In this document: positions 1-11,813 of the stretch, one piece after another
Numbering within the stretch: the first letter of the stretch is position 1
How the letters are laid out: every line of letters starts with the position of its first letter
Source: Phoronis australis
Taxonomy: Eukaryota; Animalia; Phoronida
NCBI GenBank assembly: GCA_002633005.1
Contig: NMRA01000011.1
Location: forward strand, 563,395-627,394
Length of the DNA stretch: 64,000 bases
Reading direction: 5' to 3'
Made by a program: the position numbers and the translations under genes
The notes under the pieces: generated by a model
Database searches by the model: none
Seen by the model: the letters and a program-made list of their open reading frames with translations, nothing else
Told to the model about the DNA's origin: nothing

Positions 1-95
1 TTTATCGCTGAGATAGAGAGGGTTGAACCATTCATACATAGAGTGGTACAGTCCAAAGTGGAGGGAGCGCTTCTTTACAGCAGCAGCAAGCTCTC
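1..95 (-). CDS. FUCA: Alpha-L-fucosidase, coding exon 3 (cut by the window edge)
   Basis: Manual translation gives (G)ELAAAVKKRSLHFGLYHSMYEWFNPLYLSDK. The acceptor ctttgtctttactag ends at 96, phase 1, matching exon 2. Confidence 0.93.
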
Positions 96-1019
96 CTAGT
101 AAAGACAAAGAACCATGAATGTCAAGTATTTCACTGCAAGTGGTCCACTGGAATGCAAAGGGTTGTTTGTAAACAATCAAAACCGGTGATTACATGGAGG
201 AGGCATATTTCAAGGAGTACAAAACTCAAGCTAGACATCACAGCAAAGCAGCCGACACTTTCAGGGGAACCCTCCAGAAAAAGCCCTAAGAAATTCTTAT
301 CCTGAAAGTGAGTTGGAATCTCATTGGATTCCAGTGAGATTTTAATGAGAATCTAATCAATTTTAATCTTAAAAGATGCCATATTAGTGAGAAAAAGTAC
401 TCGCTTCAGTGGGAATCCAGTGATATTCCAGAAAGAATCTTCTTAATATGCATAGAACTCTCACTCAGTGAGAATTCCTTCATAATTGTTTCACGTTCTC
501 ACTGAGTGGGAATTCCTTTTGTAAATTTTCTAACTGGGTGATTCGATTTGTGCAAACTGAAAATGTCAATGGGTGTGGTTCTTGTTCTCACCGAGTGAGA
601 TTTTGGTCTCCTAAAATCTGAGTGAGATTCTATTTTCTCACTATAGATGAGATTTTTGATAGCCAAAAATCTTACTGAGTGAGATTTTATTTTCTCACTC
701 AGTGAGATTTGTGTTCGTGAAATGATTAAAATAGCAATCAAAATGGCAGTTAAAATGTCCATGTAAACAGTCCTAATGGATGACTGGGTGCAGGTGCAGT
801 GGTTAAAGCACTGTGTTGACAACCTAACGGTTCCTGCTTTCAACAAGAAAAAACTGCCAACCTTACCATGATGAGAGTACCACCCTGTATATTATTTTAC
901 GAATGTCGTGATACCCCAAAGAAGGCCGAAAAAATGATCGACCGAAATGTCGTCCCAATGTTATCATGCCAATGTAGATTAGTTTAGAGGGTGTCAGTAA
1001 TGCAGACTAATAATTTCAA

Positions 1020-1320
1020 GCTCTGACTGGTGATGTCGAACAAACTGACTGATGACGTCAAACACACTGATAGATGGTATCAAACATACTAACAGATGTT
1101 GTCGTTGTCGACGATGATGATGTCAAACATACTGACTGATGATATGAAACACACTGGCTCATGATATCAGACGGACACATTGACTGATAATCCCACAAAC
1201 TGGTAAAGTCGAACACATAATGATGTCCAACACACTAACTGATGACGTGGAGTGCACTGACTGTGATTATGTTAAACGGTCCAACTCATAATGCCAAACA
1301 TACTGACTGATGTCAAGAAC
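1020..1320. repeat. Degenerate ~22-bp minisatellite (ACTGACTGATGATGTCAAACAT-like) in a fucosidase intron
   Basis: Recurrent actgactgatga..tcaaaca variants are visible by eye. Confidence 0.7.
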
Positions 1321-1462
1321 AGTGACTTTACAATAAATAAAGAGGGTAAACTCCTGCCAGGTTTCTCCCAGCATGATGTAAACATTCCCTACAACCACAT
1401 AAGGATCTGCTGTTTGGAGAAATCATTTGAATTTTTCCAAACTGGACTAGTTGTATCTATGT

Positions 1463-2241
1463 CCTATACTAAATAGGGGAATAGCCATCAATAGACTGAT
1501 TCTTGACCAGGTCACATAGCGAGGATCCCATCTAAATAGTAACAGAAGGCTTGAAAGCTGCCTCCAGGCTCTATTCTTCCATTTTCTTTTTCCACGTGAA
1601 CCACAAAATCTGAACCATGGAGTAAAATTAGATGACGAATTCTTGAATTTTAAAAATTGGTCAAGTAATAGTGATTTTGTCAACAAAAACCCAAGCCTTG
1701 AGCTACTTACTGGAAGGTAGTTTCCAGTATAGCTCATAAGCTACATATACAGACAACAGAAGCTGTGCTTGAAAGAATGTAGGTAAAGCTGATCCAGTAA
1801 CCATGTTTAAAGGGTATGTTCNGGGGAAGGAAGCCAAAAACGGCGGTTTAGCTAGTTGTCCCTTCCTGGTTATCTCTTCCTGCCTATACTAAATAGGGGA
1901 ATAGCCATCAATAGACTGATTCTTGACCAGGTCACATAGCGAGGATCCCATCTAAATAGTAACAGAAGGCTTGAAAGCTGCCTCCAGGCTCTATTCTTCC
2001 ATTTTCTTTTTCCACGTAAACCACAAAATCTGAACCATGGAGTAAAATTAGATGACGAATTCTTGAATTTTAAAAATTGGTCAAGTAATAGTGATTTTGT
2101 CAACAAAAACCCAAGCCTTGAGCTACTTACTGGAAGGTAGTTTCCAGTATAGCTCATAAGCTACATATACAGACAACAGAAGCTGTGCTTGAAAGAATGT
2201 AGGTAAAGCTGATCCAGTAACCATGTTTAAAGGGTATGTTC
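1463..2241. repeat. Near-identical direct duplication 1463-1821 / 1883-2241 next to a single n (probable assembly or haplotype duplicate)
   Basis: The 359-bp copies differ by one substitution that I saw (cgtgaa vs cgtaaa); n at 1822. Confidence 0.85.
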
Positions 2242-2262
2242 AGAACATGAGCTATTCCTCAC

Positions 2263-2369
2263 CCACAATATCTCGCTTTGGTCCGACATCCATTGAGTTC
2301 CAGTTGAATGAATAATTAGAGGGCCAGTTGGTGAATCCCTCGTGGTGCTTGCTTGTGAGAACCACATAC
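2263..2369 (-). CDS. FUCA: Alpha-L-fucosidase, coding exon 2
   Basis: Absent from the ORF track. Manual translation gives (R)[35 protein letters not shown](G), containing the GH29 KHHEGF motif. The AG acceptor is at 2371-2370 and the GTGAG donor at 2262; phases fit exons 1 and 3. Confidence 0.95.
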
Positions 2370-4189
2370 CTACAACAACAGTTACAATACATGCCAAGAT
2401 TCCACATCCAGGCCATACACTATTCCTAAGTGTACGGCAATTAAGATTTCAAAAGCTGGAAAGAGAATTGGCTTATATTGAAAAAAGGGGACAAAGAGGG
2501 GTTTTCTCTAGAAATTTTGATGCAAAAGAAAATGCATTTTCTCGCAGCTATATTTTATCCTGAACAAGAAAACACTTTGCAAGCCCACTTCGATGTCAAA
2601 TATTTTCGCCACCAATATTATTGTTTTTCATCAAAAATGTGAATATTTGACCAATGCAAGATCTGGGAAATGCCTATTTCGTAGGTACCCTAAAAGGGAG
2701 ACCTTACAAAACGGACCCATGAAAAGACGACAACCGAAAACAATGAAATCCAGTAACTCAGTCAGTAAGTAAGAATTCATTAAATGCCGACACAGGGAGT
2801 AACCGAGGAACGGTAGCCAGAAGCTAGTATCAACAATTCCATATATTATACAAATATATAAAGAGCTTAACTAGATGAGATACAGAGCCATAGATGAAGG
2901 TACACAAGAAGCTAGAGCAATACAACATGCATGAGGCAGTGATCATGACAAGAATCCTACGTTCACACTCAAACCGGTCGAGATTAGGCAACTCGACTGG
3001 TTTGCCTACCTCAGGAATTGCTCGTTCGGGTCAAAGACCTGACACTGCTGCGGTTAATTAAATTGTCTCAAGCTGCTGATCGTTATCGTACTTAGATAAT
3101 CAGTCCCACCATAAACACACTGGGGACGACGATTTTTTTTCTAATTTTCAATTTGAAAGTTTTTAAATAGCATATTTGAATCGTTCATGAAAATTAGGCA
3201 TTGTTTGGTTTTGGGATTTTTAAAATCAGACAAGAAATGTGACTTATAGGCTGTGAATTTTAACCCAATGTTGCCCAGATCTTGCACATTGTTCTGTGCC
3301 TCATTAATTCTGTAGGGTGTGCAACATAATTACCAAACCAGCGTTGGATTTTGAGGTAGGCCAAGTGTCATCATACAATTCTTGGTACATGTATAGTGAA
3401 ACTTCAACCATAACTCTGGGACACACAAGATTATATAAAAATACAAGATTATACAAAAATACCAATTGGTATAACTACAGAATAAGTAGGCGCCCAATGA
3501 TCACCTTGAACACTGAATTTTAAGAGCACTGAATTGGCAAAACCTGACCCACAAACACGTAGGCCTATTTTTGACTCACGAGTGAGTAACTGTTTACTTC
3601 GAGTCTGCAGTGGTGAATCTAAGGATGTCGCAGAAAGGAGCCCAACCACACAATATATAGGAAGGTAACGGTCCGCGGGCGTTCCATGCAGTCTCTGATG
3701 GGGAGGCAAAGGAAAATAGGTGCGCAACTCCCAGAAACGATATGCCGGCGGGTTTTTTTATATTTTATTAGTCACCCATAGGGTGTGTTCTTGGGGCCCT
3801 TTGGTCCCCCTTTATCCGGCTATGGTATGACACCATAATTGTTACTTTATCTTGAAATGTTAATCTAAAATTTCATTACTCGGTGAACATATGTTACTCC
3901 GTACTCTTCAAAGACTAAGTACACAAGCATATGATATTACACAAGCATCGATGTTTCAATGAGCTTCAAACACTATGTACCCAGTACAATGAGCACACCT
4001 GCATACAATCATGTATAATGCACAAACTTAAAAGTAGGGTTTTGTTGCAAGCAGCTGTTCATATTTTTTTCATTTAATTTAAAGTTAGTAAAACACCAGG
4101 TGCTAGTGACCAGTCCAAAGATAGAGTGCTTTATATAATTGTTACAGTATCCTCCACACACATTTTTGTCGTTAGTCTTGTTCTTTTCC

Positions 4190-4400
4190 AAGATACATGA
4201 TAATCTAGACTGAGAACTATCAGCAGTTCTGTGTCGAATCATCCACCTTTCGGCATAAGGTTGTGGGTCGAACATGGAAAGCGGGAGACCATTGACCTTG
4301 CCAAACAACGAGCTGGAGGTAGTTTCTCATAGCAAACAAGAGCGTTCGTCTGCTCCTATCTAATTCATTTCCCTCTCCCTCAATCCTCGCTCACATTCAG
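4190..4400 (-). mobile_element. hAT-family transposase C-terminal remnant (second copy ~5930-6100)
   Basis: SSSLFGKVNGPPLSMFDPQPYAERWMIRH..A.SSQSR resembles, from recall, the end of ZNF862-like hAT transposases (LxFIxxNGPPLxxFDPxxYxxxW). It is frameshifted and has no catalytic core. Confidence 0.6.
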
Positions 4401-4997
4401 TTGTACTTCAAGGAAGGGTCTTAGTGCAGAGGTCCAGTTGTGACAGCGGAGCACTTGGTAGGTTATCTACTCTATCCGTCTCCTCAGTTTCTACAGACTC
4501 ATGCATTTCTCTGATTGTCGTCGTGGCAACCAGCCCAAAACAGATTGCAAATACGCCCGACTTCGTGCTCGCCATGTTTTATCCCAGATTCTATCGGCCA
4601 CAGTTTGGGAGCCCAAGATTCACCGAATAGCGCAAAATGACTGCTCGTCATTGTCAAGTCAATGCCACTCCATGTTCACAACAACTTTTTGAATAAATTG
4701 ACCAGGACATATGGAATATTTGGCAACAATACTGGTGTCAGCATAGCAATGTATTGATAATATAAAGTATTGTATAAAGAATATGCTCCACTATACTGTC
4801 ACTTACTGTGCGTCATAGGCGCTACGTTAAAATGTAAAAAGGTGGTTGGCTATGCCTACGTCCCACTATAATTTAACTCAACTTATGGTGTCTAGGCACC
4901 AGTGGCNCCAGATCTTGCACATTGTTCTGTGCCTCATTAATTCTGTAGGGTGTGCAACATAACTTCCAAACCAGCAGTGAGCGTTGGATTTTGAGGT

Positions 4998-5102
4998 AGG
5001 CCAAGTGTCATCAGGCCAAGTGTCATCAGGCCAAGTGTCATCAGGCCAAGTGTCATCAGGCCAAGTGTCATCAGGCCAAGTGTCATCAGGCCAAGTGTCA
5101 TC
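4998..5102. repeat. 15-bp tandem repeat (AGGCCAAGTGTCATC) x7
   Basis: Seven exact units; the duplicate region at 3358-3372 has only one. Confidence 0.95.
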
Positions 5103-6595
5103 ATACAATTCTTGGTATGTATAGTGAAACTTCAACCATAACTCTGGGACATAAGATTATATAAAAATACAAGATTATACAAAAATACCAATTGGTATAA
5201 TTACAGAATACGTAGGCGCCCAATGATCACCTTGAACACTGAATTTTAAGAGCACTGAATTGGCAAAACCTGACCCACAAACATGTAGGCCTATTTTTGA
5301 CTCACGAGTGAGTAACTGTTTACTTCGAGTCTGCAGTGGTGAATCTAAGGATGTCGCAGAAAGGGGCCCAACCACACATAGGAAGGTAACGGTCCGCGGG
5401 CGTTCCATGCAATCTCTGAAGGGGAGGCAAAGGAAAATAGGTGCGCAACTCCCAGAAACGATATGCCGGCAGGTTTTTTTTATATTTTTTTATATTTTAT
5501 TAGTCACCCATAGGGTGTGTTCTTGGTCCCCCTTTATCCGGCTATGGTATGACACCATAATTGTTACTTTATCTTGAAATGTTAATCTAAAATTTCATTA
5601 CTCGGTGAACATATGTTACTCCGTACTCTTCAAAGACTAATTACACAAGCATATGATATTACACAAGCATCGATGTTTCAATGAGCTTCAAACACTATGT
5701 ACCCAGTACAATGAGCATACCTGCATACAATCATGTATAATGCACAAACTTAAAAGTAGGGTTTTGTTGCAAGCAGCTGTTCATATTTTTTCATTTAATT
5801 TAAAGTTAGTAAAACACCAGGTGCTAGTGACCAGTCCAAAGATAGAGTGCTTTATATAATTGTTACAGAATCCTCGACACACATTTTTGTCGTTAGTCTT
5901 GTTCTTTTCCAAGATACATGATAATCTAGACTGAGAACTAACAGCAGTTCCGTGTCGAATCATCCACCTTTCGGCATAAGGTTGTGGGTCGAACATGGAA
6001 AGCGGGGGACCATTGACCTTGCCAAACAACGAGCTGGAGGAAGTTTCTAATAGCAAACAAGAGCGTTCGTCTGCTCCTATCTAATTCATTTCCCTCAATC
6101 CTCGGTTGTACGGGTCTTAGTGCAGAGGTCCAGTTGTGACAGCGGAGCACTTGGTAGGTTATCTACTCTATCCGTCTCCTCAGTTTCTACAGACTCACAC
6201 ATTTCTCTGATTGTCGTCATGGCAACCAGCCCAAAACAGATTGCAACTACGCCCGACTTCGTGCTCGCCATGTTTTATCCCAGATTCCATCGGCCACAGT
6301 TTGGGAGTCCAAGATTCACTGAATAGCACAAAATGACTGCTCGTCATTGTCAAGTCAATGCCACTCCATGTTCACAACAACTTTTTGAATAAATTGACCA
6401 GGACATATGGAATATTCGGCAACAATACTGGTGTCAGAATAGCAATGTATTGATAATATAAAGTATTGTATAAAGAATATGCTCCACTATACTGTCACTT
6501 ACTGTGCGTCATAGGCGCTACGTTAAAATGTAAAAAGGTGGTTGGCTATGCCTACGTCCCACTATAATTTAACTCAACTTATGGTGTCTAGGCAC

Positions 6596-7347
6596 CAGTG
6601 GCGGATCTAGGATATCACAAGGGGGACCCAACATTTTGTGCGGCTGTAAACATTTGTGCAAACTGAACCACGATTGTAGACACGCATAGCACCGAATGGG
6701 GGGAGGTCGGGAGGGGGGTTTGTCGTATTTTAAAATAGTCTTCAAATGCCCAAAAGACCAAATTTATCCATTTTTGTGTTGGCAATAATGACGGGATTGC
6801 TTTGGAAATCGTCTTAACATAAGGTTTGACAAAGAGAGTATTGCGAGTTTCTGAGTGATTCACTAAGGTTTCGATTAAAATTCACATCTTACCAGCAGCT
6901 TCTGTTTTTTCATCGCCACTCAGGTTCCATTTTCTTTAGAAATGAAGTAAATTTTCTCCATTGCACAGTGGAGCAGACGACGGAAACTGAGTCATAGTGC
7001 ACAGCGCCACTGCCGGTCGCCTGGGATATCGCGGGAGAGCCTATACTTAGCCATAGTTCCGTTACGGATGCGCCGTGTTCCGAATTTGACACTTGAAATT
7101 GGATTTGNNNNNNNNNNNNNNNNNNNNNNNNNNNNNNNNNNNNNNNNNNNNNNNNNNNNNNNNNNNNNNNNNNNNNNNNNNNNNNNNNNNNNNNNNNNNN
7201 NNNNNNNNNNNNNNNNNNNNNNNNNNNNNNNNNNNNNNNNNNNNNNNNNNNNNNNNNNNNNNNNNNNNNNNNNNNNNNNNNNNNNNNNNNNNNNNNNNNG
7301 GGGGGGGCGGGCCCCCTGGGCCCCCCCCCCCCCTAAATCCGCCTATG
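6596..7347. mobile_element. Non-autonomous DNA transposon (CAGTGGCGGATCTAGG...CCTAAATCCGCCTATG) spanning an N gap, 5-bp TSD GGCAC
   Basis: Imperfect 16-bp TIRs; GGCAC at 6591-6595 and 7348-7352. Confidence 0.65.
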
Positions 7348-7570
7348 GGCACTACACTTAAAATTGACTTAAATGCCAAAAGGTGGTTGGCTGCGCCTAC
7401 GTGTGCCTATGCCCCACTACAGCACTAAAATCAATAGAAGGCTCTACTCTACGTAACAAGTTGAAGATCAATTTCACAAAGTTTGGTTATGAACAGTGGT
7501 ACATCAAACCTAGGAACTGGTTCCTAGATCAAACTTGACAATCCATCCCATAATTTAAAAAAATGATTAC

Positions 7571-8022
7571 CTCGCCCCAGATGCATCAAACAGTTCTGCC
7601 CAACGATCCGCATCATAAAACTCTGCGGTAAATTGTGCGGCAAAGTCGCCATATTGAAACGATGGTCGGTAGTTCTTTTTCATGAACTCTACGGCGTCAC
7701 CGTTTCCACCCTTCCATATCTCCCAGAACCATTCGCTAGCAAAGTTCTTTCCAAAGCTCGGCACTGCAAACACTCCGAAGTGAATAAAGATTCCAATTTT
7801 GGCCTCATCATACCACGATGGAAGTGGTCTTTTGTCCAAGCTTGCCCAATCAGGAGTATATCGAGCAGATCCACCCTCTTCTTTCTCTGACCACCGCCCT
7901 TCAACCGGATTTTGGGCAAAACTTGCGTCCACGTACACCTTGCATTGTACATGTTGCACAAGAATAAAACTGAACCCAAACAATGCAAATGTTGAAGCCA
8001 AGAACATCCTTCCAATACGCAT
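7571..8022 (-). CDS. FUCA: Alpha-L-fucosidase (GH29), coding exon 1
   Basis: Translation gives a signal-peptide-like N-terminus, then [61 protein letters not shown], typical of FUCA1/FUCA2. The GT donor is at 7570-7569 (AG|GTAATC), phase 2. Confidence 0.95.
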
Positions 8023-8900
8023 GATTCCTCTTTGATGTCAATTGAGCTTGGTATTGCCCCACGACTATAGACGACAACGACACTATCGCAACAAAACATG
8101 CAATACACCAAAACACAATGAACAAATCATGTGACATGAGAGCGCCGCCTGATGGCTGTGGAAATGGTAGCGACATCTATTGATAGATGCTGGTCATGAG
8201 AGAGAAATTTTTCATCATGCAGCGATCACCTTCATGTCGTATTAGTTACACGGCGTGATCGTGATCTGCGATTAACGATGGTTGAGCTGTATGATTGCAT
8301 AATTGAGTTTAGGCCTGGAAAGGTCAGGTTTCACCATAATTGCATGTCTCAAAGCAACCTAACCTCCCAGGTCAGGAATATATTTTCAAAATCCAAAATG
8401 TCCTTTCTCAAAAATGATTTCTGCCTCATTGAACTGTTGAAGAATACGGTCCTCACATCATTCAAAATCAGTGTTTTTGAACTCCACATTTTCTGGTTTT
8501 CAATTGTTCTATAATTGTGTAAACTAGTCAATGATTTCTTCCCAACAATTAAGATGTTATGGTAGAAGATGTCAAGATTTACAAGACAACAATTTACGAT
8601 CAACTTTCAGATTATACCTTCATATGTTTTTTAAACAGTTTGAAAACACTTTAAAGGGCTCCTACCATGAATATTTACACTTTTTGAGTTTTTAGACAGT
8701 GTGTAATAATTTCATAAAATAAAATTTTACTAAATAAGCACTTCATTTTGAAAATAATTGAGGAATTTAGAATTTAAAGAAAAAGAATAATGATTTGTAT
8801 TTGGTTTCCGGCCGCATGATGTCACCAGTGGAAAACGTTGATCAGTTGACAGCATATATCCAATAGTGGATAGTAGTGATTTTGTAACTTACGAAGACTT

Positions 8901-9070
8901 AGTACTGATTTCAGAGCAGTACTAATTTCAGAGCAGTACTGATTTCAGAGCAGTACTGATTTCAGAGCAGTACTGATTTCAGAGCAGTACTGATTTCAGA
9001 GCAGTACTGATTTCAGAGCAGTACTGATTTCAGAGCAGTACTGATTTCAGAGCAGTACTGATTTCAGAGC
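8901..9070. repeat. 17-bp minisatellite (AGTACTGATTTCAGAGC) x10
   Basis: Ten head-to-tail units, one with a substitution. Confidence 0.95.
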
Positions 9071-10140
9071 TGACATTTCTGAGTGGTAACGAGCCTTTTA
9101 TTGAATAACGGTTTAATTTCAGTCATAACCGCTTCAGTGTCGAATAATTTGTATATTTCTCGAGCTGTAATTCTGTAACGACCTCTTTACCCTGACTGTC
9201 AAATCCCACTCGCGAATAGTGGCCATTGGATTTCGAATGCCGAGTGCTTTTGCCAGGAATGTTCATATCTTATTATTGTGATATTCACTGGATTTCATTT
9301 CTGCATGGGTAAATGATATTCTAGGCTGTTTAGTCTGTTACAAAATTGTGAAAGCTTTGTACCGTTGTGGTTCATCGATTAATTTCGGTACAGTGTCCAC
9401 CGGCTCTACAGCCGCCGTGCAGGTTGTGGTCATGACCTCAACAATTTCCGTAGCATCTATGTCCTTTTTCTGCTATTGGTCATTGACTAATATATAGCTA
9501 GCATACGTTCCCACAACTTGAAAATCTCGAACAAGAAAAAGTAGCCTCATCCCCAAGCTTCAAGATGGCGCTGATCGGTTTAGCCATTTGAGTCTTGGTT
9601 ATAAGAATTAGCGTCTGTGCAATGATTGACCACCGTCATTAAAACAAAGGCAGGCCAAGTTTGAATTAATCTCACAGGCTTTGTTGCTGCCATTCATGAA
9701 ACAGAAGGTATTGTTGCCGTTATTATTTGAAATAAAGGTTGTTTGAGGACTTTCAATTCTTTTTTATAAATAGTATCATAGAATCTGTTTTCGAATCAAA
9801 ATACATCATTTTTTGCAATAATTTAGACCAAAATAGCAGCAATATACTGTTAGTTTTCATTTTTATATGAAACATTTCTATAACCCTCGCTGGTTACCTG
9901 CGTGTCCGCTAGGGATAGAGAACACGCAGGTATCACTCAGTAGCCCACGTTAGAATTTAGTGGCTGATATGTAACCTCGATGTCATTGGTTAATGTTACA
10001 ACAAAGTAAGAGAATGTCGGACTGTGAACGATCTTTAGTTTGTCATGCAAGTGGCGTAACAGCAAAAAATTCGTTTTTGCAGTTGTGTTTAGCCGCATGC
10101 TTGAAGCACAAGCAACACGCACACATCCTAGCCGATTTAA

Positions 10141-11813
10141 AGGAGAATGCCACCCGATTTTTTTGCCGTCTTAATCGGTCTATATCCATATCGCCTCGCA
10201 AACGGTCGACCTTACCTTGCCAAGAGGTGTCGCGTTAACCTGTGAGGAAGGTGAGAAACGACGCTAGCGACGTCAGTGGTTCATATGCAGAGTGAATGCC
10301 GCTATGTTGCGGTGCATCGTTCCCGCTTGTCCGAATTAAGCAGCTGCGAGGAAAGCGGGCATATCGTTTTTTTTTCTTCCTCGAAAGTCCGAAATGCTTA
10401 GGATGTGGCTCATGGTAGTGAAGAATGAATTGTACGTTGTAAATAGCAAGTATGAGGCCGTGAAACATCTGTGGCCTGCAGACGTCGAGAGTGCCTGACG
10501 AATGCCGGCTTACCAAATAACTCCATACGTTCCGTTGTCTGGGCTTGTTCACGGCGCCTCTCTAGTATTTCTTCATCACTGTATTCCTGTTCGAACTGAT
10601 AGCCTGTAAAACTCAACGACCCACCTGCGAAGTCGGGATTGATGAGCTCTAGTTCGTCCTAAGCACGGTCGATCGGGATTGCGAGTTGCCATGTTGGCGT
10701 TTATTACTGAGCGTTCTGTTTCAAAATGAATTATTCTCACCCTAACCAATACTTATATAAAACTGTAACAAAGTCCTTCTCATTAGATGCAATTTGTAAT
10801 ACCTTTCGAGTGTTCGTGAGTGCAAATGATTTGAGAAGGCAGCAATGAATAAATCACTGCGTTACCGGCTTTAGGTGCAATAAAACTAATTGATGGGACA
10901 CCGAGGCCGTGTGAGCTCATGCTAATTTAGTGTTTGCTGGCAGAAGCTGTTGTGAAACAACTCGATTTCCATGCCACGGCCGGGTGTTAGGGGAATCTTT
11001 ATTTACATTTACATTACTCAAATAGTGATTGTCAATGAACAACTTCTGCCCTGACGGTGCTGTGGCCATGCAAAGCGGAACCTGAATTCGCCGGCCCCCG
11101 ACGAGTAAGTAGATTTGCAGTTTCGTGGCTAATTCATCAACATAATCACCGTGCACATTAATTTGGCCCACTAGTATAGTATTTTCTTGACTGGAAGTTT
11201 AGTTTCCACTGAACTTTGGCTGGTTTATGTTCGTGATGTCTGATCAGTTTCCGAGCCGCTGGCCGAGATAACGAGTCAATCCGGCCGGCCGCGACGGGCC
11301 TGATCGGGCTCCGAGCCACTGGCCAGGATAACAAGCGTTTTGTGTTTAGAACTAAAAAAATCACAAGTCTAAACAACACAGATCTAGGTTCTCATGTCTG
11401 TATCTCACAGAAAATACTTCGAAATTACCTTCGAACAGACCCAAACTCCTGCTACGGACCTTATTGGCGTGCCGAACTTTGTAGGCTACGGTGTGTCCAA
11501 ATACCAATAAATCCGTAAGAGCGAAATAAAACATCACGTTTTTATAAGAACTCGGCGTATTTTTAAGGGTTTTATATCGAAGTTTGATGATTTATTGGTG
11601 TTAAACAATGACTTCAAGCGATAAGCTGACACCAGTAACCCGTGTTGTGGACTGCTGAACAGAGTGCGTGTGAAACCGATGACGTCATTGGATAATTTCA
11701 ACACCTCCGTCTGCCGTCAGGTGTCAGGTAACGCAACCGAACGTGTCGTTATGGAGTAGAACTACTCGATCTAAATTGATACAAATTAGGTTGTTTTTGG
11801 GTGGCATGCTCCT
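10141..11813. mobile_element. Kolobok-like non-autonomous DNA transposon
   Basis: TTAA flanks both sides (10137-10140, 11814-11817). The 15-bp TIRs AGGAGAATGCCACCC / GGGTGGCATGCTCCT have 1 mismatch. Termini are 5'-RR, and there is an internal decayed THAP domain. Confidence 0.8.
10304..10498 (+). pseudogene. Decayed THAP zinc-finger ORF inside the Kolobok-like element
   Basis: MLRCIVPACPN*AAARKAGISFFFLPRKSEMLRMWLMVVK... shows the THAP pattern C-x4-C...SFFxLP...W, with an in-frame stop. Confidence 0.65.

Larger units (their letters stand above)
3275..6602. repeat. Tandem duplication 3275-4906 / 4908-6602 split by n at 4907 (probable two haplotypes)
   Basis: Colinear ~1.6-kb copies with scattered SNPs and indels. 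Confidence 0.85.

Noticed and set aside
867-884. 18-nt in-frame microexon candidate (minus; cag|GGTGGTACTCTCATCATG|gtaagg) in fucosidase intron 2
   Set aside because: The donor is good but the acceptor lacks a pyrimidine tract, and it would insert 6 aa into the conserved RDIVGELA segment.
1447-2157. Paired 96/95-aa ORFs, and similar paired ORFs at 38971/39906 and 39580/40516
   Set aside because: They are intronic, have no homology cues, and are paired only because of gap-adjacent duplication.
4878-5135. ORF with DDTWP repeats
   Set aside because: It is just the translation of the 15-bp tandem repeat, which is unexpanded in the duplicate copy.
7062-7428. ORFs spanning N gaps (also 22884-23327)
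   Set aside because: These are artefacts of N translated as X.
8901-9070. Regular short repeats that might suggest a CRISPR array
   Set aside because: The units are contiguous with no spacers and the context is eukaryotic, so this is a minisatellite.
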